64,000 bases of DNA from a bacterium (GTDB lineage: Bacteria; SAR324; NAC60-12): the NCBI GenBank assembly GCA_965205865.1, contig CBDBHR010000025.1:64001-128000 (forward strand). Reading direction: 5' to 3'. Shown piece after piece: positions 1-10,508 of the stretch. Within the stretch, counting starts at the first letter, position 1; the number at the start of each line of letters is the position of its first letter. The notes below the pieces were generated by a model that made no database searches, was not told the DNA's origin, and was given only the letters and a program-made list of their open reading frames with translations. A program made the position numbers and the translations under genes.

Positions 1-188
1 CTGCCGATACATCTTGTCATAAAGCGCATAGAATCGGTACTCGGAATCTTGTTTGGCTTTGATATAAAGCTTCCTCTGTAACTTAAAACCCGGAATCACT
101 TCCACGCTGCTCCATTGGCTACAAAGCTGTACGGATAATTACTTTGATGGGACTTTAACTCACTAGAAGATCGGTCGTTACCGCATAC
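1..188 (-). mobile_element. Degenerate group II intron 5' remnant: domain I start fused to the RT/maturase N-terminus, running off the window
   Basis: Minus strand 81..1 reads LQRKLYIKAKQDSEYRFYALYDKMYRQ, typical of intron RT N-termini. 188..100 (ATGCGGTAACGACC..AAAGTCCC..GTAGCCAATGGAGCAGCGTGG) resembles a group II domain I start. Most of the ribozyme is missing. Confidence 0.7.
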
Positions 189-238
189 GGTCAAATCTTA
201 AATTGTCCTTCATAAAAGACAATTTAAGATTTGACCCC
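189..238. repeat. Long palindrome GGTCAAATCTTAAATTGTC..GACAATTTAAGATTTGACC (REP-like)
   Basis: Perfect 19-bp arms; a related palindrome lies at 57606-57668. Confidence 0.85.
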
Positions 239-242
239 TTAA

Positions 243-535
243 TTACGGGGATTTAAAAAAGAGCAGGCAAAACCATTGAAGCTTCGCTTGTCGGGTTTTT
301 TCAGAATCTGGAAAAAAAACTGGACCCGCGTTAACCATCTGAATCATTGAAAAAAAATGTTGACATTGGTTTTACGGGGATTTAAAAAAGAGCAGGCAAA
401 ACCATCGAAGCTTCGCTTGTCGGGTTTTTTCAGAATCTGGAAAAAAGACTGGACCCGCGTTGACCATCTGAATCATTGAAAAAAAGTGTTGACATTGGTT
501 TTACGGGGTTTTAAAAAAGAACAGGCAAAATCATG
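243..535. repeat. 129-bp tandem repeat, about 2.3 copies
   Basis: Units start at 243, 372 and 501 (TTACGGGG..); each full unit ends with TTGACATTGGTT. Confidence 0.95.
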
Positions 536-793
536 AAAGTCCATGGAATTGAAGCAAATCTCTTCTTATGGGCATCGATTGCAACAAAAAGTGTTTGACC
601 TGAGAAAGATTCAATGTTAATTTTTTCCAAGATAGTCTCTGAATCTCTTTTTAAAAAAATGAAAATTAGAAGAAATGCAATTTTTTATCCAAGCAGCTTC
701 TAAATATCTATTTCCCAAGGAGAGAAAGGCAATCAGGTGAGAAGTCGAATTTAAAATAATCTTGAAAAGAGGTTGATATGCGAGTAAACTTAA

Positions 794-971
794 TAAGTCC
801 CAAGTCCCAAGTCCCAAGTCTATCAGACTCCAAGGCCCAAATTTCAAGTTTCAAGTCCCAAATTCCAACTGTACAGGTTCATTGGGTTCTACCCCTTTAT
901 GCTATCTCGACCTCAGGGAGAGATTCTTGAGATTCCTCGTTCCAAGTTCTAAATTCCAAGTTCCAAATTCC
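794..971. repeat. Heptamer tandem repeat tracts (AAGTCCC/AAATTCC)n
   Basis: Degenerate 7-bp periodicity at 794-868 and 940-971. Confidence 0.85.
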
Positions 972-1159
972 GGAAACGGAAGGGCAAGGGGAAATTTGCA
1001 AAATCATGAATCCCAGTCCTTTTTTCGTTCATTTTTTCATCAGGAGATCAACATAAAGCGGAAACGATCCGCCTATTTTTCCCAATCATAAATTGTTATT
1101 GCATTTTTCTGCAGATTGTTTGGATCTGTTTTTTCTGATTTTAAATCAATGAGGATAAA

Positions 1160-1303
1160 ATGAAAAAAATTATTATGAAGAAAATCGTTGCCTCCATCGT
1201 GGGGCTGAGCGTGGCAGGGGCCTTGTCTGCCGCAAAAAACCGATTCGCTCCATGGTGGGGTGAATTATTTTCTATCTCTGTAAAGGAGTTCATATGTATT
1301 TGA
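1160..1303 (+). pseudogene. Orphan signal-peptide ORF (MKKIIMKKIVASIVGLSVAGALSAAK..), paralogous to the start of the downstream SBP
   Basis: GAGG RBS; 1175-1237 is a diverged direct repeat of 1300-1362. Confidence 0.55.
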
Positions 1304-3129
1304 AGAAACTTGTCGCTTCCATCGCGGTGCTGAACCCGGCAGGCGCCTGGTCTGCTGTAAAACTGCAATCATTATTGCTCACCCTCACCCTGATGGTGAC
1401 CGCTTTCTGGGTCAGCCCGGCCGCAGCCCAGAAGTATGTGACCGACCCCACAACTGGTAAGGTCGTGACCGCTCCGGAATATGGCGGGACGTTAACCTAT
1501 CCCTATCAAAGAGTAGGCGATGATCAAGACCCCTTTTTTGCTGGCCAAGAACCGGGCTGGCTCATAGACGGCGTTAATGAGAAACTCGTCTACGGAAACT
1601 GGGAACTTAATAGGGAAGAATTTGACTTTAGAAGCCCTTACACCCCTGTGTTTGCTTTCACAGGGAATCTGGCGGAAAGCTGGGAAACGCCCGACCCACT
1701 GTCTTACATTTTCCATATCCGCCAGGGCCTTCACTACGCCCTTGATCCGGACAGTGAGGCCAGCCGCTTGGTAGCTGGTCGGGAGCTCACTGCCGAGGAT
1801 GTAGAACATTCCTTTCACCGTTTACTGGGCCTAGGCGACTTCACCGAAGACGGACCTAGTCCCTTTGCAAGCAAGCTCGCCGATCTGTCATGGGAATCGA
1901 TAACGGCCACCGACAAATGGACGGTTGTGTTTAAGCTGGAGGAGCCATCCTCCGGTGCGCTAAGGACTATCTTCCAGGACGCTTTGTGGTGGATATTACC
2001 CCCCGAGGTAATCGAGAAATACGGCGACTATAGTGATTGGAAGAACGTGGTCGGCACCGGACCCTTTATGCTGACCGACTACGTCGAAGGCGTCTCTAAA
2101 ACCTATACCAAGAATCCTGACTACTGGGGCTACGACGAAAAATACCCGGAGAACCGCCTGCCCTATATTGACCAGTTAAGGGCCCTCTATATAAAAGACG
2201 AAGCAACGCGTCTCTCGGCACTGCGCACGGGTAAGGTTGATGGAATACTACATGCCGGCATCGTTGACATAAGCTCCCTTGACGTGGTAAGGAGTCTCCA
2301 GAATACCAACCCCGAAATCGAGATATGGGCACATGTCCAGCGGTCGTTTGGTTTTGCTCTGAACATTCGCAACGCGCCCTTTGACGACATCAGGGTGCGC
2401 CACGCAATGCAGATGGCACTGGACCTTCCGACAATTGTCGCTACCTACTATGCCGGTTTAATAAGTTGGGAACCTCGTGGGCTTATTGGCAGCCCGGGGA
2501 ATTACACTCCATTTGCAGAGTGGACCGAAGAGATCAAGCAATACTACCGGTATGACCCGGAAGGGGCCGAAGCGTTACTTGATGAGGCCGGCTATCCGCG
2601 CGGCGCGGACGGCGTTCGATTCAAGGTCGACTATCAGCATCGCGACATCATAGATTTAGGCTATTTTGAAATAGCTCTCGCCTACTTGGCTGAAATTGGC
2701 GTTGATATAACGATTAATATTCTTGACTCGGCGACTTATGGCGCTAACTTAGCAAAACATAATTATGAGATGAGCACTGGCAACTTTGCCTTTGCTCAGC
2801 CCCCTGCCTGGGCCATGGACTCTTATCGCTCGGACGTCGACATTATGCGCGAGTTCTCGGGCGGAGTCGAGACCCCTGAGTTGACCGCCGCGCATGATGC
2901 TTATTACGCCGCTTCCACCGAGGAGGGGCGGATGAAAGCATTTAGAGAGTTTGAAATGGCCCTGGTGAAGCACCACCCTCATATATGGGCTCCCATGGCT
3001 CCACTGTTTCAGGCGAACAATCCATGGGTCAAAGGTTATAACGGTGAATACGCGATGGGAAACTTGCTGCATCATACGATCTACGCCCGCCTCTGGATTG
3101 ACCAGGAGTTGAAGGACAGGACCCAGTAA
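1294..3129 (+). CDS. ABC transporter substrate-binding protein, family 5 (Opp/Dpp-like)
   Basis: PEYGGTL, LAESWE, VGTGPF, KNPDYW and DIRVRHAM motifs; AAGGAG RBS; signal peptide. Confidence 0.95.
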   Translation: MYLKKLVASIAVLNPAGAWSAVKLQSLLLTLTLMVTAFWVSPAAAQKYVTDPTTGKVVTAPEYGGTLTYPYQRVGDDQDPFFAGQEPGWLIDGVNEKLVYGNWELNREEFDFRSPYTPVFAFTGNLAESWETPDPLSYIFHIRQGLHYALDPDSEASRLVAGRELTAEDVEHSFHRLLGLGDFTEDGPSPFASKLADLSWESITATDKWTVVFKLEEPSSGALRTIFQDALWWILPPEVIEKYGDYSDWKNVVGTGPFMLTDYVEGVSKTYTKNPDYWGYDEKYPENRLPYIDQLRALYIKDEATRLSALRTGKVDGILHAGIVDISSLDVVRSLQNTNPEIEIWAHVQRSFGFALNIRNAPFDDIRVRHAMQMALDLPTIVATYYAGLISWEPRGLIGSPGNYTPFAEWTEEIKQYYRYDPEGAEALLDEAGYPRGADGVRFKVDYQHRDIIDLGYFEIALAYLAEIGVDITINILDSATYGANLAKHNYEMSTGNFAFAQPPAWAMDSYRSDVDIMREFSGGVETPELTAAHDAYYAASTEEGRMKAFREFEMALVKHHPHIWAPMAPLFQANNPWVKGYNGEYAMGNLLHHTIYARLWIDQELKDRTQ

Positions 3130-3230
3130 CAGGTCGACTGGAAGTACTTGTGGACCGGGCAGTACTGCCTGGTCCACTCCAGGATACCCCACGTTTCCCT
3201 GCTAATTTTAAAAATAATGAGGTCCGTCCC

Positions 3231-4193
3231 ATGAGTGCCTATCTCACCAGGCGGCTATTGCTGCTGATCCCCACCCTGTTTCTCTTGAGCATCCTCGTCT
3301 TTCTCTCGGTGCGCTTCATCCCGGGGGATGTCATAGACGTAATAGTGGGTAGGATGGATATGGGGGGTGGGTATGGCAGGGTTGACCGTGAAGCTCTTGA
3401 GCATATGCTGGGACTGGACGTGCCGGTCTGGGTGCAGTATGGACGCTGGATGGGAGGGATCTTGCTGCACGGCACCCTTGGCGGATCACTGTATGGCGGT
3501 TGGCCGGTAGAGGAGCGGCTCTTCGATCGTTTGCCCGTCACTCTGGAGCTGGGCCTCATGGCCATCGTCATCGGACTGGTCATCGCGCTGCCCGTCGGCA
3601 TTTACTCGGCGATTCGCCAGGATACGGTCGCGGACTACGCGGGGCGCATCCTCGCAATCCTCGGCCTGGCCACCCCCAACTTCTGGCTGGGCATTATGGT
3701 GATGATCTACCCGGCCATCTGGTGGGGCTGGTCTCCCCCGATGGAACACATGCCTTTTACGGAAGACCCGCTGAGGAATCTCGGCATCTTCATCATTCCC
3801 AGCCTGATTCTGGGAACGGCCCTCTCGGCCAGCACCATGCGCCTGACGCGCACCATGATGCTGGAGGTGCTGCGGCAGGACTATATCCGCACCGCCTGGG
3901 CCAAGGGGCTCCAGGAGCGGACTGTCGTGCTGAGACACGCCATCAAAAATGCCCTCATCCCGGTCGTCACCCTGGTCGGCTTGCAGTTGCCGCTCGTGGT
4001 CGGGGGCGCTGTGATCATGGAGAACCTCTTTAACCTGCCGGGTTTAGGCCGTCTCCTGGTGGACGCCCTCTCAGAGAGGGATTACCCGGTGGTCTCCGGG
4101 GTCAACCTGTTTTTCGCCTGTGTCGTTTTGTTGAACAACCTCTTCATCGACCTCCTTTATGCCTATTTGGATCCCAGGGTGCGGTATGAATAA
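3231..4193 (+). CDS. Opp/Dpp ABC permease (OppB-like)
   Basis: MSAYLTRRLL start, RFIPGD, EAA loop DYIRTAWAKGL, ends LDPRVRYE. Confidence 0.95.
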   Translation: MSAYLTRRLLLLIPTLFLLSILVFLSVRFIPGDVIDVIVGRMDMGGGYGRVDREALEHMLGLDVPVWVQYGRWMGGILLHGTLGGSLYGGWPVEERLFDRLPVTLELGLMAIVIGLVIALPVGIYSAIRQDTVADYAGRILAILGLATPNFWLGIMVMIYPAIWWGWSPPMEHMPFTEDPLRNLGIFIIPSLILGTALSASTMRLTRTMMLEVLRQDYIRTAWAKGLQERTVVLRHAIKNALIPVVTLVGLQLPLVVGGAVIMENLFNLPGLGRLLVDALSERDYPVVSGVNLFFACVVLLNNLFIDLLYAYLDPRVRYE

Positions 4194-4231
4194 TCGTTAT
4201 GCTTCTGGTAAATACAGGTTTGAGATTCGTC

Positions 4232-4578
4232 TGTCAGAAGAAGTCCCGGAGAGACGAAAGGAAGTAGCCCAGCGATTCATCGCTGGGAATAAATGACAGT
4301 CTCCTTTGTCAGCAGAAGTCCCGGAGGGACGAAAGGAAGTAGCCCAGCGATTCATCGCTGGGAATAAATGACAGTCTCCTTCAAAGTCCCGGAGGGACGA
4401 CACAACAATGAGGTTTCATGTTCCATGCAAGCATAATTTCGAATATGATGAGCGTTATATTTAGCAGTAACTCGCTAGATCGAAGAAGTGTCGTCCCTCT
4501 GGGACTAGCTGAGGAGGAGGGAGTTTCCCTTTCCCAGCAATGAATTGCTGGGCTATTCCCTTTTGTCCCTCCAGGACT
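4232..4578. mobile_element. Non-autonomous REP/IS200-type relic: tandem and inverted GTCCCGGAGGGACG..AGCCCAGCGATTCATCGCTGGG units around a transposase C-terminal scrap
   Basis: Two 75-bp direct units, inverted copies at 4489-4578, and 4429-4464 encodes KHNFEYDERYI*. Confidence 0.75.
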
Positions 4579-4600
4579 GTGTTATAGAAAAATCGAGAAC

Positions 4601-5569
4601 ATGAGCAACACCCAAGAAACACCATCAGTAGAAAGTATGCCCAAGCGACGGGGCCGGTTTGCAGATTTCTTCATCAGGCTTCTCAAGGAGAAACCCCTCG
4701 GGATGCTCGGCGGGGTGATCATCCTGCTCTTGATCGGGCTCAGTCTCTTTGCCGATGCGCTGGCGCCTTATCCTTATAATAAAATCCACTTGAGAGACCG
4801 GATGCAGGAGGCCTCGGCCCAATATCTCCTCGGGACCGACCACGTCGGGCGGGACTTGTTGAGCCGCCTGATCCACGGGGCGCGGATTTCCTTAGGAGTC
4901 GGTCTGGCCGCGACCACGCTCAATGTGCTCGTCGCGCTCCTGGTCGGCGGCGTTTCCGGATTCCTGGGAGGGAAACTGGACCTGGCCATGCAGCGCCTGG
5001 TCGATGCCTGGATCGCCTTTCCGGGACTACTGTTGTTGTTGACCATCATGTCCATCGTGGGACAGGGGTTGCTCCAGATCATCATGGTGCTGGGGATCGC
5101 CGGTGGGGTTGAAGGTTCCCGAGTCGTGCGGGGCGCGGTGATCGCCATTAAAGAGAATGATTACTTTCTGGCGGCGAAAGCCCTGGGCAGTCCTTTGCCC
5201 ACCACCCTGAGACGGCATGTGCTGCCCAATATCATGCCGCCCCTCATCATCATCTTCTCCATCAACATTGGTGCCGTCATTATGTCAGAGGCGGCGCTGA
5301 GCTTCCTCGGCTTCGGTCTGCCCCCGAACATTCCCAGTTGGGGAGGCATGCTCAGCCGGGAAGGACGGCTCTACATGGAGATGGCCCCCTGGCTGGCGCT
5401 CTGGCCCGGGCTATGCCTGACGATGGTCGTTTTCAGTCTCAACATGTTCGGCGATGCCATGAGAGATCTGCTCGACCCCCGGCTGCGGGGCGGTGAAGGT
5501 AGCTACGGCGCCGCGAAGAGGAAACGCAAACGAGGTCTCTTGGCCCGACTGATCAATCCGTTCTCTTAG
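4601..5569 (+). CDS. Opp/Dpp ABC permease (OppC-like)
   Basis: LGTDHVGRD, HVLPN, LSFLGFG..PSWG and GDAMRDLLDPR motifs. Confidence 0.95.
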   Translation: MSNTQETPSVESMPKRRGRFADFFIRLLKEKPLGMLGGVIILLLIGLSLFADALAPYPYNKIHLRDRMQEASAQYLLGTDHVGRDLLSRLIHGARISLGVGLAATTLNVLVALLVGGVSGFLGGKLDLAMQRLVDAWIAFPGLLLLLTIMSIVGQGLLQIIMVLGIAGGVEGSRVVRGAVIAIKENDYFLAAKALGSPLPTTLRRHVLPNIMPPLIIIFSINIGAVIMSEAALSFLGFGLPPNIPSWGGMLSREGRLYMEMAPWLALWPGLCLTMVVFSLNMFGDAMRDLLDPRLRGGEGSYGAAKRKRKRGLLARLINPFS

Positions 5570-5620
5570 GAGGAACCCTCTCCCCAATCGAATCGCAAAA
5601 CTTCCGGATAAGGAGTGAAA

Positions 5621-5805
5621 ATGAGCAACTTATTCGATCTCACAGGAGCATTAGGAGACCAAAAGCGAAAAATTAAATTATCTCTGACACACCAGCCGGT
5701 CGGATAGGGGAACCCGAAGACATAACCGGAGCGGCTGTATTTCTTATTTCCGGAGCATCAGACTTTGTGACTGGGATTTACATCCACGTAGACGGAAGAA
5801 GAAAT
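5621..5805 (+). pseudogene. SDR oxidoreductase relic with a large internal deletion
   Basis: RBS and MSNLFDLTG start, followed by the SDR C-terminus [36 protein letters not shown]. Confidence 0.75.
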
Positions 5806-5846
5806 TCTCGAGACATGGCTTGGCCACCAAATCCTGGCCAGCGAGG

Positions 5847-6430
5847 GTAGATCCATTTTTCAATCTTTGATGATTCAATGGAGGTATATATGGTTCTCAA
5901 ACCAGTCCGCTGCCCCTCTTGCCTGGGCACTGAAGTCGTGAAACATGGCAAAAGCTCTGAAGGCAAGCAAAGATATCTTTGTCAGTGTCAATTTTGTTCC
6001 TGTCAAACCTTTATTTTAGATTATTCATATAAGGGTCGCCTGGCAGAAACGAAACAACAAATTATTGAGATGGCCCTCAATGGCAGAGGCATTCGAGACA
6101 CCTCTCGGGTTCTGGGGATCAGCACTGCCACCGTCATTAATGAATTAAAAAAAAGAAGCCGATCTCGATTCGGTGAATCTGAATTTACTCCATCAACTCG
6201 ACCCCAATGAAATAACAATCAAGATTGTCAAAGTTGAAGAGGCTGAAATGGATGAGATGTGGAGTTTTGTAGGAAAGAAACAACAGCAGCGCTGGTTGTG
6301 GCAGGCCATTGATCACAAAACAAGTCAAGTCTAAGCTTATGTCTCAGGAAGCCGAAAAGATGAGGTTTTTCTCAAGTTGAAACAACTCCTCAAACCTTTT
6401 GGCATTCCATGTTTTTATAGCGATGACTGG
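5847..6430 (+). mobile_element. IS1-family element, truncated: InsA intact, InsB with a stop codon
   Basis: CPSC..KHGK..GKQRYLC and RDTSRVLGIS..VINELKK. A-run frameshift site near 6147. InsB AEMDEMWSFVGKKQQQRWLWQAIDH has a TAA near 6332 and is cut after SDDW. Confidence 0.9.
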
Positions 6431-6724
6431 TGAGCCTGCGAGCGAGACCTCGACCCTCGGCTGTGAGGCGGCATGGCCCGCTTTGTGCTTGCCAAAAAGA
6501 AAAAATAAGAGGAAAGATCACCAGAGTCAAGAATCTCCCCTGGCTCACATTATTGTAATGAGAGTCAGTTAAGTTTATGAAAATCATATTCTTTTGCTTT
6601 GCGCTGTCCGCATCGCGACACTCAGTGGAGTAAAGAATTTTGCTAAAAAAGGGGCTTAAGCTGAAGCAGAACACCCGCTGAGGTCTAAGGTGACTGAATA
6701 AAGACAAATCAGAAAGGATTGTTT

Positions 6725-7807
6725 ATGCTTACCAAAAAATGGTCGGAATGGCGCACTTGGGAGAATTGGAAGAAAATGGCCTCTCAGCAGATCGAAGAGC
6801 GTGGCCTTTCTAAAAATCTGGATGAGATTGAAGAGCAGGGATTCACCGTGATCACCCCTGAACAAATGGGCGACCCTCTCCTGTTTGAGCAAACCAGAGA
6901 AGCGCTCTTAAGGGTTGCGGAAGAATTCACCGGGGTGAGGCCCAATGAGGAGACCGGGGAACATGGTTTCACCGACAACATGGGCACTAACCAAGCCCAA
7001 AATTGGTATTTTGGGTTTCTGGAAAAGGATCCGGTCTTTGAAGAAATCATCCAACATCCCTTGACCCAGCCCTTGATTGACTATTATCTGGGGCCCGGTT
7101 GTCTGCTTTCCGCCTTCAACGGGATTCTCAAGTGGAAGGACCCGGTCGGCTATGGGAACACTCTGGGCTTTCATGCCGATACCCACCTCTATCCCTTTGA
7201 ACCCCTCCCCGATCCTCCCATGGTGTTCAATACGAACTGGTGTCTTACCGATTATACCAAAGACGACGGCGCACTGGCAGTCGTGCCGGGATCCCACAAA
7301 TTCCGCCGCCACCCCAGGCCGGGTGAGGGGGTGGATCAGGCGTTCGCCGTCGAAGCGCCCGCGGGTTCGGTCATTGTTTTCCACGGCACCCTCTGGCATG
7401 GGGCCTTCCCCCGGATCAATCCAGGATTGCGGTTGGCAGTCACCGCTTATTACAGTGCCTTCTACTGTCGCCCGCAAGAGCATTTCCCCGGCCGGATTTC
7501 GGAAGAAAGTCTGGCCCGCAATGGGGAGCGGTTTCGTCAACTGCTCAAAATCGATGAATTCTGGAACTTTGAGGATCCTCGTGGCCCCATTCCCCGGCGG
7601 GAGCGAACCTCCGGAAAAACGTATCACCAAATCATGGGTCAGATCGTCAGCCACCATGGGCAAAAGTATCGCGTTGAGATGGATCACTCCATCGTCAATC
7701 ATGCGGGGGGAGTGCGCTACATCCCCATCAATGCCGACGAAAATGAGGAATTACTCGATCAGTCCAAGGAAATGACCGACCTCCCGCCGGGACTAGAAAC
7801 CCAATGA
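6725..7807 (+). CDS. PhyH-family Fe(II)/2-oxoglutarate dioxygenase
   Basis: H-x-D (FHAD), GALAVVPGSH, and GSVIVFHGTLWHG..R. Confidence 0.9.
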   Translation: MLTKKWSEWRTWENWKKMASQQIEERGLSKNLDEIEEQGFTVITPEQMGDPLLFEQTREALLRVAEEFTGVRPNEETGEHGFTDNMGTNQAQNWYFGFLEKDPVFEEIIQHPLTQPLIDYYLGPGCLLSAFNGILKWKDPVGYGNTLGFHADTHLYPFEPLPDPPMVFNTNWCLTDYTKDDGALAVVPGSHKFRRHPRPGEGVDQAFAVEAPAGSVIVFHGTLWHGAFPRINPGLRLAVTAYYSAFYCRPQEHFPGRISEESLARNGERFRQLLKIDEFWNFEDPRGPIPRRERTSGKTYHQIMGQIVSHHGQKYRVEMDHSIVNHAGGVRYIPINADENEELLDQSKEMTDLPPGLETQ

Positions 7808-8150
7808 TAAGGAAAAGCGCAGGATAGTGGAGGTGGGAATGATCAGTGGCAGCCTTCTGAATTGATGATTATTGAAAATCAGCACTTAACAAAAAAAAGG
7901 GATTTCAAGAAAAGGAGGACAGTGAAAAAATCTATGAAACATTTTGCCGTTGAGGCAAGATTATACATGAATGCCTTGAACGCTTCTTTTCAAGAGCTAC
8001 ACGCCATCAATGCCACTCCTGCTTGAAGAATTCATTTTGGGCAAGGAGTGTTGCCTGAAATATTTGTCACAATTATTCTTCTGGATTGATTGCTTTGAAG
8101 AGTTCTTTGTGTTATTATGCTTCTCTTGTCTCAATCGCGAGACGACTATA

Positions 8151-8508
8151 ATGGCATTTGATACTCATACTTGATCAAAGAACCACAGACAGTCGGTTTT
8201 ACGGAAGCCCGAACCCAAGTTCAGGCAGAGACCCTTTTAATGCGCATAGACGATGACTTTGCAAGCAAACATGATATCGCACTGGTCCGCCATGAAACCG
8301 AACTGCTCCGACGGGAAGTCAGGGAATTAGAAACAAGGATGGAGGCTCGAATTTAAAATTTGAAACCGCAATAAAGGTCCGATTCACGGAATCGGATACT
8401 TGATTGAAGGAATTTGAAACCGGAATGGAGCTTCGTTCGACGACACGCCCGGGTGGAATGCCGGTTGTCGGCATCGCCGTGGACGCCCCGTTGGTCAAAC
8501 TGTCATAA
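8151..8508 (+). pseudogene. DUF1640/CCDC90-like coiled-coil protein, frameshifted
   Basis: MAFDTH..GFTEA..QAE..FASKHDI pattern broken by frameshifts. Confidence 0.6.
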
Positions 8509-8625
8509 CCTTCCCACACCACACCTCATTTTTTTCTTTCCATAGACAGAAATCTCACAGGTTGCGTGGTGCAGCAGAAGAACTGTTGCTTCCTTGGAAG
8601 CCGCTCTGCCTGAATATGGAATTGG

Positions 8626-10134
8626 GTGGCCAGCGGTGAACAGGCCGGACTTTTATATTGCGCTGTTATGGATAGCATCATCACCATTCACAATCTTAAT
8701 TTAAAAATAAAATTCAGGAAATTAATGATAAATCACGAAAGGCGCGAAGATGGATGCGTCACTGAAAAATTTAAGGATAGCACATTCCAAAAAACTCAAC
8801 TCTTGGAGGGGCCTATTGGGACAACCTTGATCAAGCTCACCATTCCATTGTTGTTCGCAATGGTTTCAATTCTGCTTTTTAACATCGTAGACACTTTTTT
8901 TATCGGGAAACTCGGGGTCAAAGAGTTGGCGGCCATCAGTTATACTTTTCCCGTAGTCTTTGTGGTGATGAGTATCACATTTGGACTGGGAATCGGCACG
9001 TCGGCCGCCATTTCGCATGCCATCGGTTCATCAAATTATCGACGTATTCGACGGCTTACCACGGACGGTATTATTTTAGCGGCACTCGTCGTGATAGTGG
9101 TTGTCAGTGTGGGCATCATCACGATTGACCCCATATTTCAAATGATGGGAGCTACTCCCGATTTGCTCCCTCTGATCCATGATTATATGAACATCTGGTA
9201 TTTGGGAGTCGGATTTATCATGGTTCCCATTGTGGGAAACAATGCCATGCGGGCGACGGGTGACACTAAAACACCGAGCCTTGTTATAATCGTAATAGGA
9301 GTGGTCAATGCCATTTTAGATCCCTTCTTGATTTTTGGAATTGGGCCTTTTCCTCGAATGGAGGTACAAGGGGCGGCCTTGGCCACTGTCATTGCCTATT
9401 CGATGGCATTTTTCGCAGCATTATGGTTTTTAGGGATTCGCAAAAAAATGCTGGATTTTGCAATTCCCCAGTTAGTCTCCGTTTTCCGTTCATGGAAGCA
9501 GATCCTTCACGTCGGGCTTCCTGCGGCCGGAACACAAATACTCATTCCTCTTTCAACTGTAATTATCACTCGTATAATCGCCGGTTTTGGTCCTGAAGCG
9601 GTGGCAGCCTATGGGGTAGGCACTCGCCTTGAATTTTTAGCCATGATCGGAATATTGGCAATGTCACTGGCATTGAGTCCGTTTGTGGGGCAAAATTGGG
9701 GAGCCAAACAAACTGATCGTGTCCTCGAAGGGGTTCAATTCAGTTTGCAATTTTCATTGATATGGGGTGGTGCGGTATATCTTATTCTGGCCGTGGCCGC
9801 TTTTCCGATTGCTCGTTTTTTTTCAGAAGACGAAAAAGTGATTGCAATAACAGTACAGTTTTTTTGGATCGTTCCACTTGGTTATGGCTTCCATGGAATG
9901 GCCATGTTGGTCAATTCGACGTATAACGCTTTAAAAAAGCCCTTTTATTCTACGGTTTTGATTGTAGTTCAGTTTTTTATTTTGGTGATTCCGCTGGCCT
10001 TTTCAGGTTCTTTATTGTGGAAGGTGCCAGGCATTTTTATAGGAATTGCATTGGCCAATATAATTATTGGTTTACTTGCCTATGGGTACGCCAGGCAATT
10101 CATCCATAAAGCGACCGTCTCTGCCATGACATGA
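8626..10134 (+). CDS. MATE family efflux transporter (true start probably downstream)
   Basis: LLEGPI..NIVDTFFIGKLG..LAA, RATGDTKTP, VGQNWGA; multiple TM segments. Confidence 0.92.
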   Translation: MASGEQAGLLYCAVMDSIITIHNLNLKIKFRKLMINHERREDGCVTEKFKDSTFQKTQLLEGPIGTTLIKLTIPLLFAMVSILLFNIVDTFFIGKLGVKELAAISYTFPVVFVVMSITFGLGIGTSAAISHAIGSSNYRRIRRLTTDGIILAALVVIVVVSVGIITIDPIFQMMGATPDLLPLIHDYMNIWYLGVGFIMVPIVGNNAMRATGDTKTPSLVIIVIGVVNAILDPFLIFGIGPFPRMEVQGAALATVIAYSMAFFAALWFLGIRKKMLDFAIPQLVSVFRSWKQILHVGLPAAGTQILIPLSTVIITRIIAGFGPEAVAAYGVGTRLEFLAMIGILAMSLALSPFVGQNWGAKQTDRVLEGVQFSLQFSLIWGGAVYLILAVAAFPIARFFSEDEKVIAITVQFFWIVPLGYGFHGMAMLVNSTYNALKKPFYSTVLIVVQFFILVIPLAFSGSLLWKVPGIFIGIALANIIIGLLAYGYARQFIHKATVSAMT

Positions 10135-10160
10135 GGCCTTTCAGACGGCTTTTTTTCTTT
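10135..10160 (+). terminator. Putative intrinsic terminator
   Basis: Short GCC..GGC stem followed by a T-tract directly after the stop codon. Confidence 0.45.
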
Positions 10161-10508
10161 CATGAATTTCCAAAACAGAATTGAGCTTTTGGCAGCGCCA
10201 CGCTTGTTAACAAGGGGTGGGCTTTCCCTGTTTGTACTTGAAAAGGAAAGGCATAAAAAAAATATTCAACCTCTTCGGCAACTTCCGTATATAAACTGAA
10301 TTGCAATTGATCGTCTCGCCAAATTGCCCCAGGGGAACAGAGTGGCAAGGGAATAATTTTTTCAAAAAATGGCATAAGCCCGCCTCAGTTTTTTTAATAG
10401 AGAGGAGTATCACGTCAGAAGATAGATAATCTTTTCAGTTGTGCTACTATAAACGTTGTTGACCCCCACACTGTAAAATTAATGAAAGAATTTCAATAGA
10501 GAAGAGCA

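Noticed and set aside
243-535. Possible CRISPR array
   Set aside because: Whole 129-bp units repeat with no unique spacers, and there are no cas genes.
4232-4400. Possible CRISPR repeats
   Set aside because: The intervening sequence is also duplicated; the units match a REP-like arrangement.
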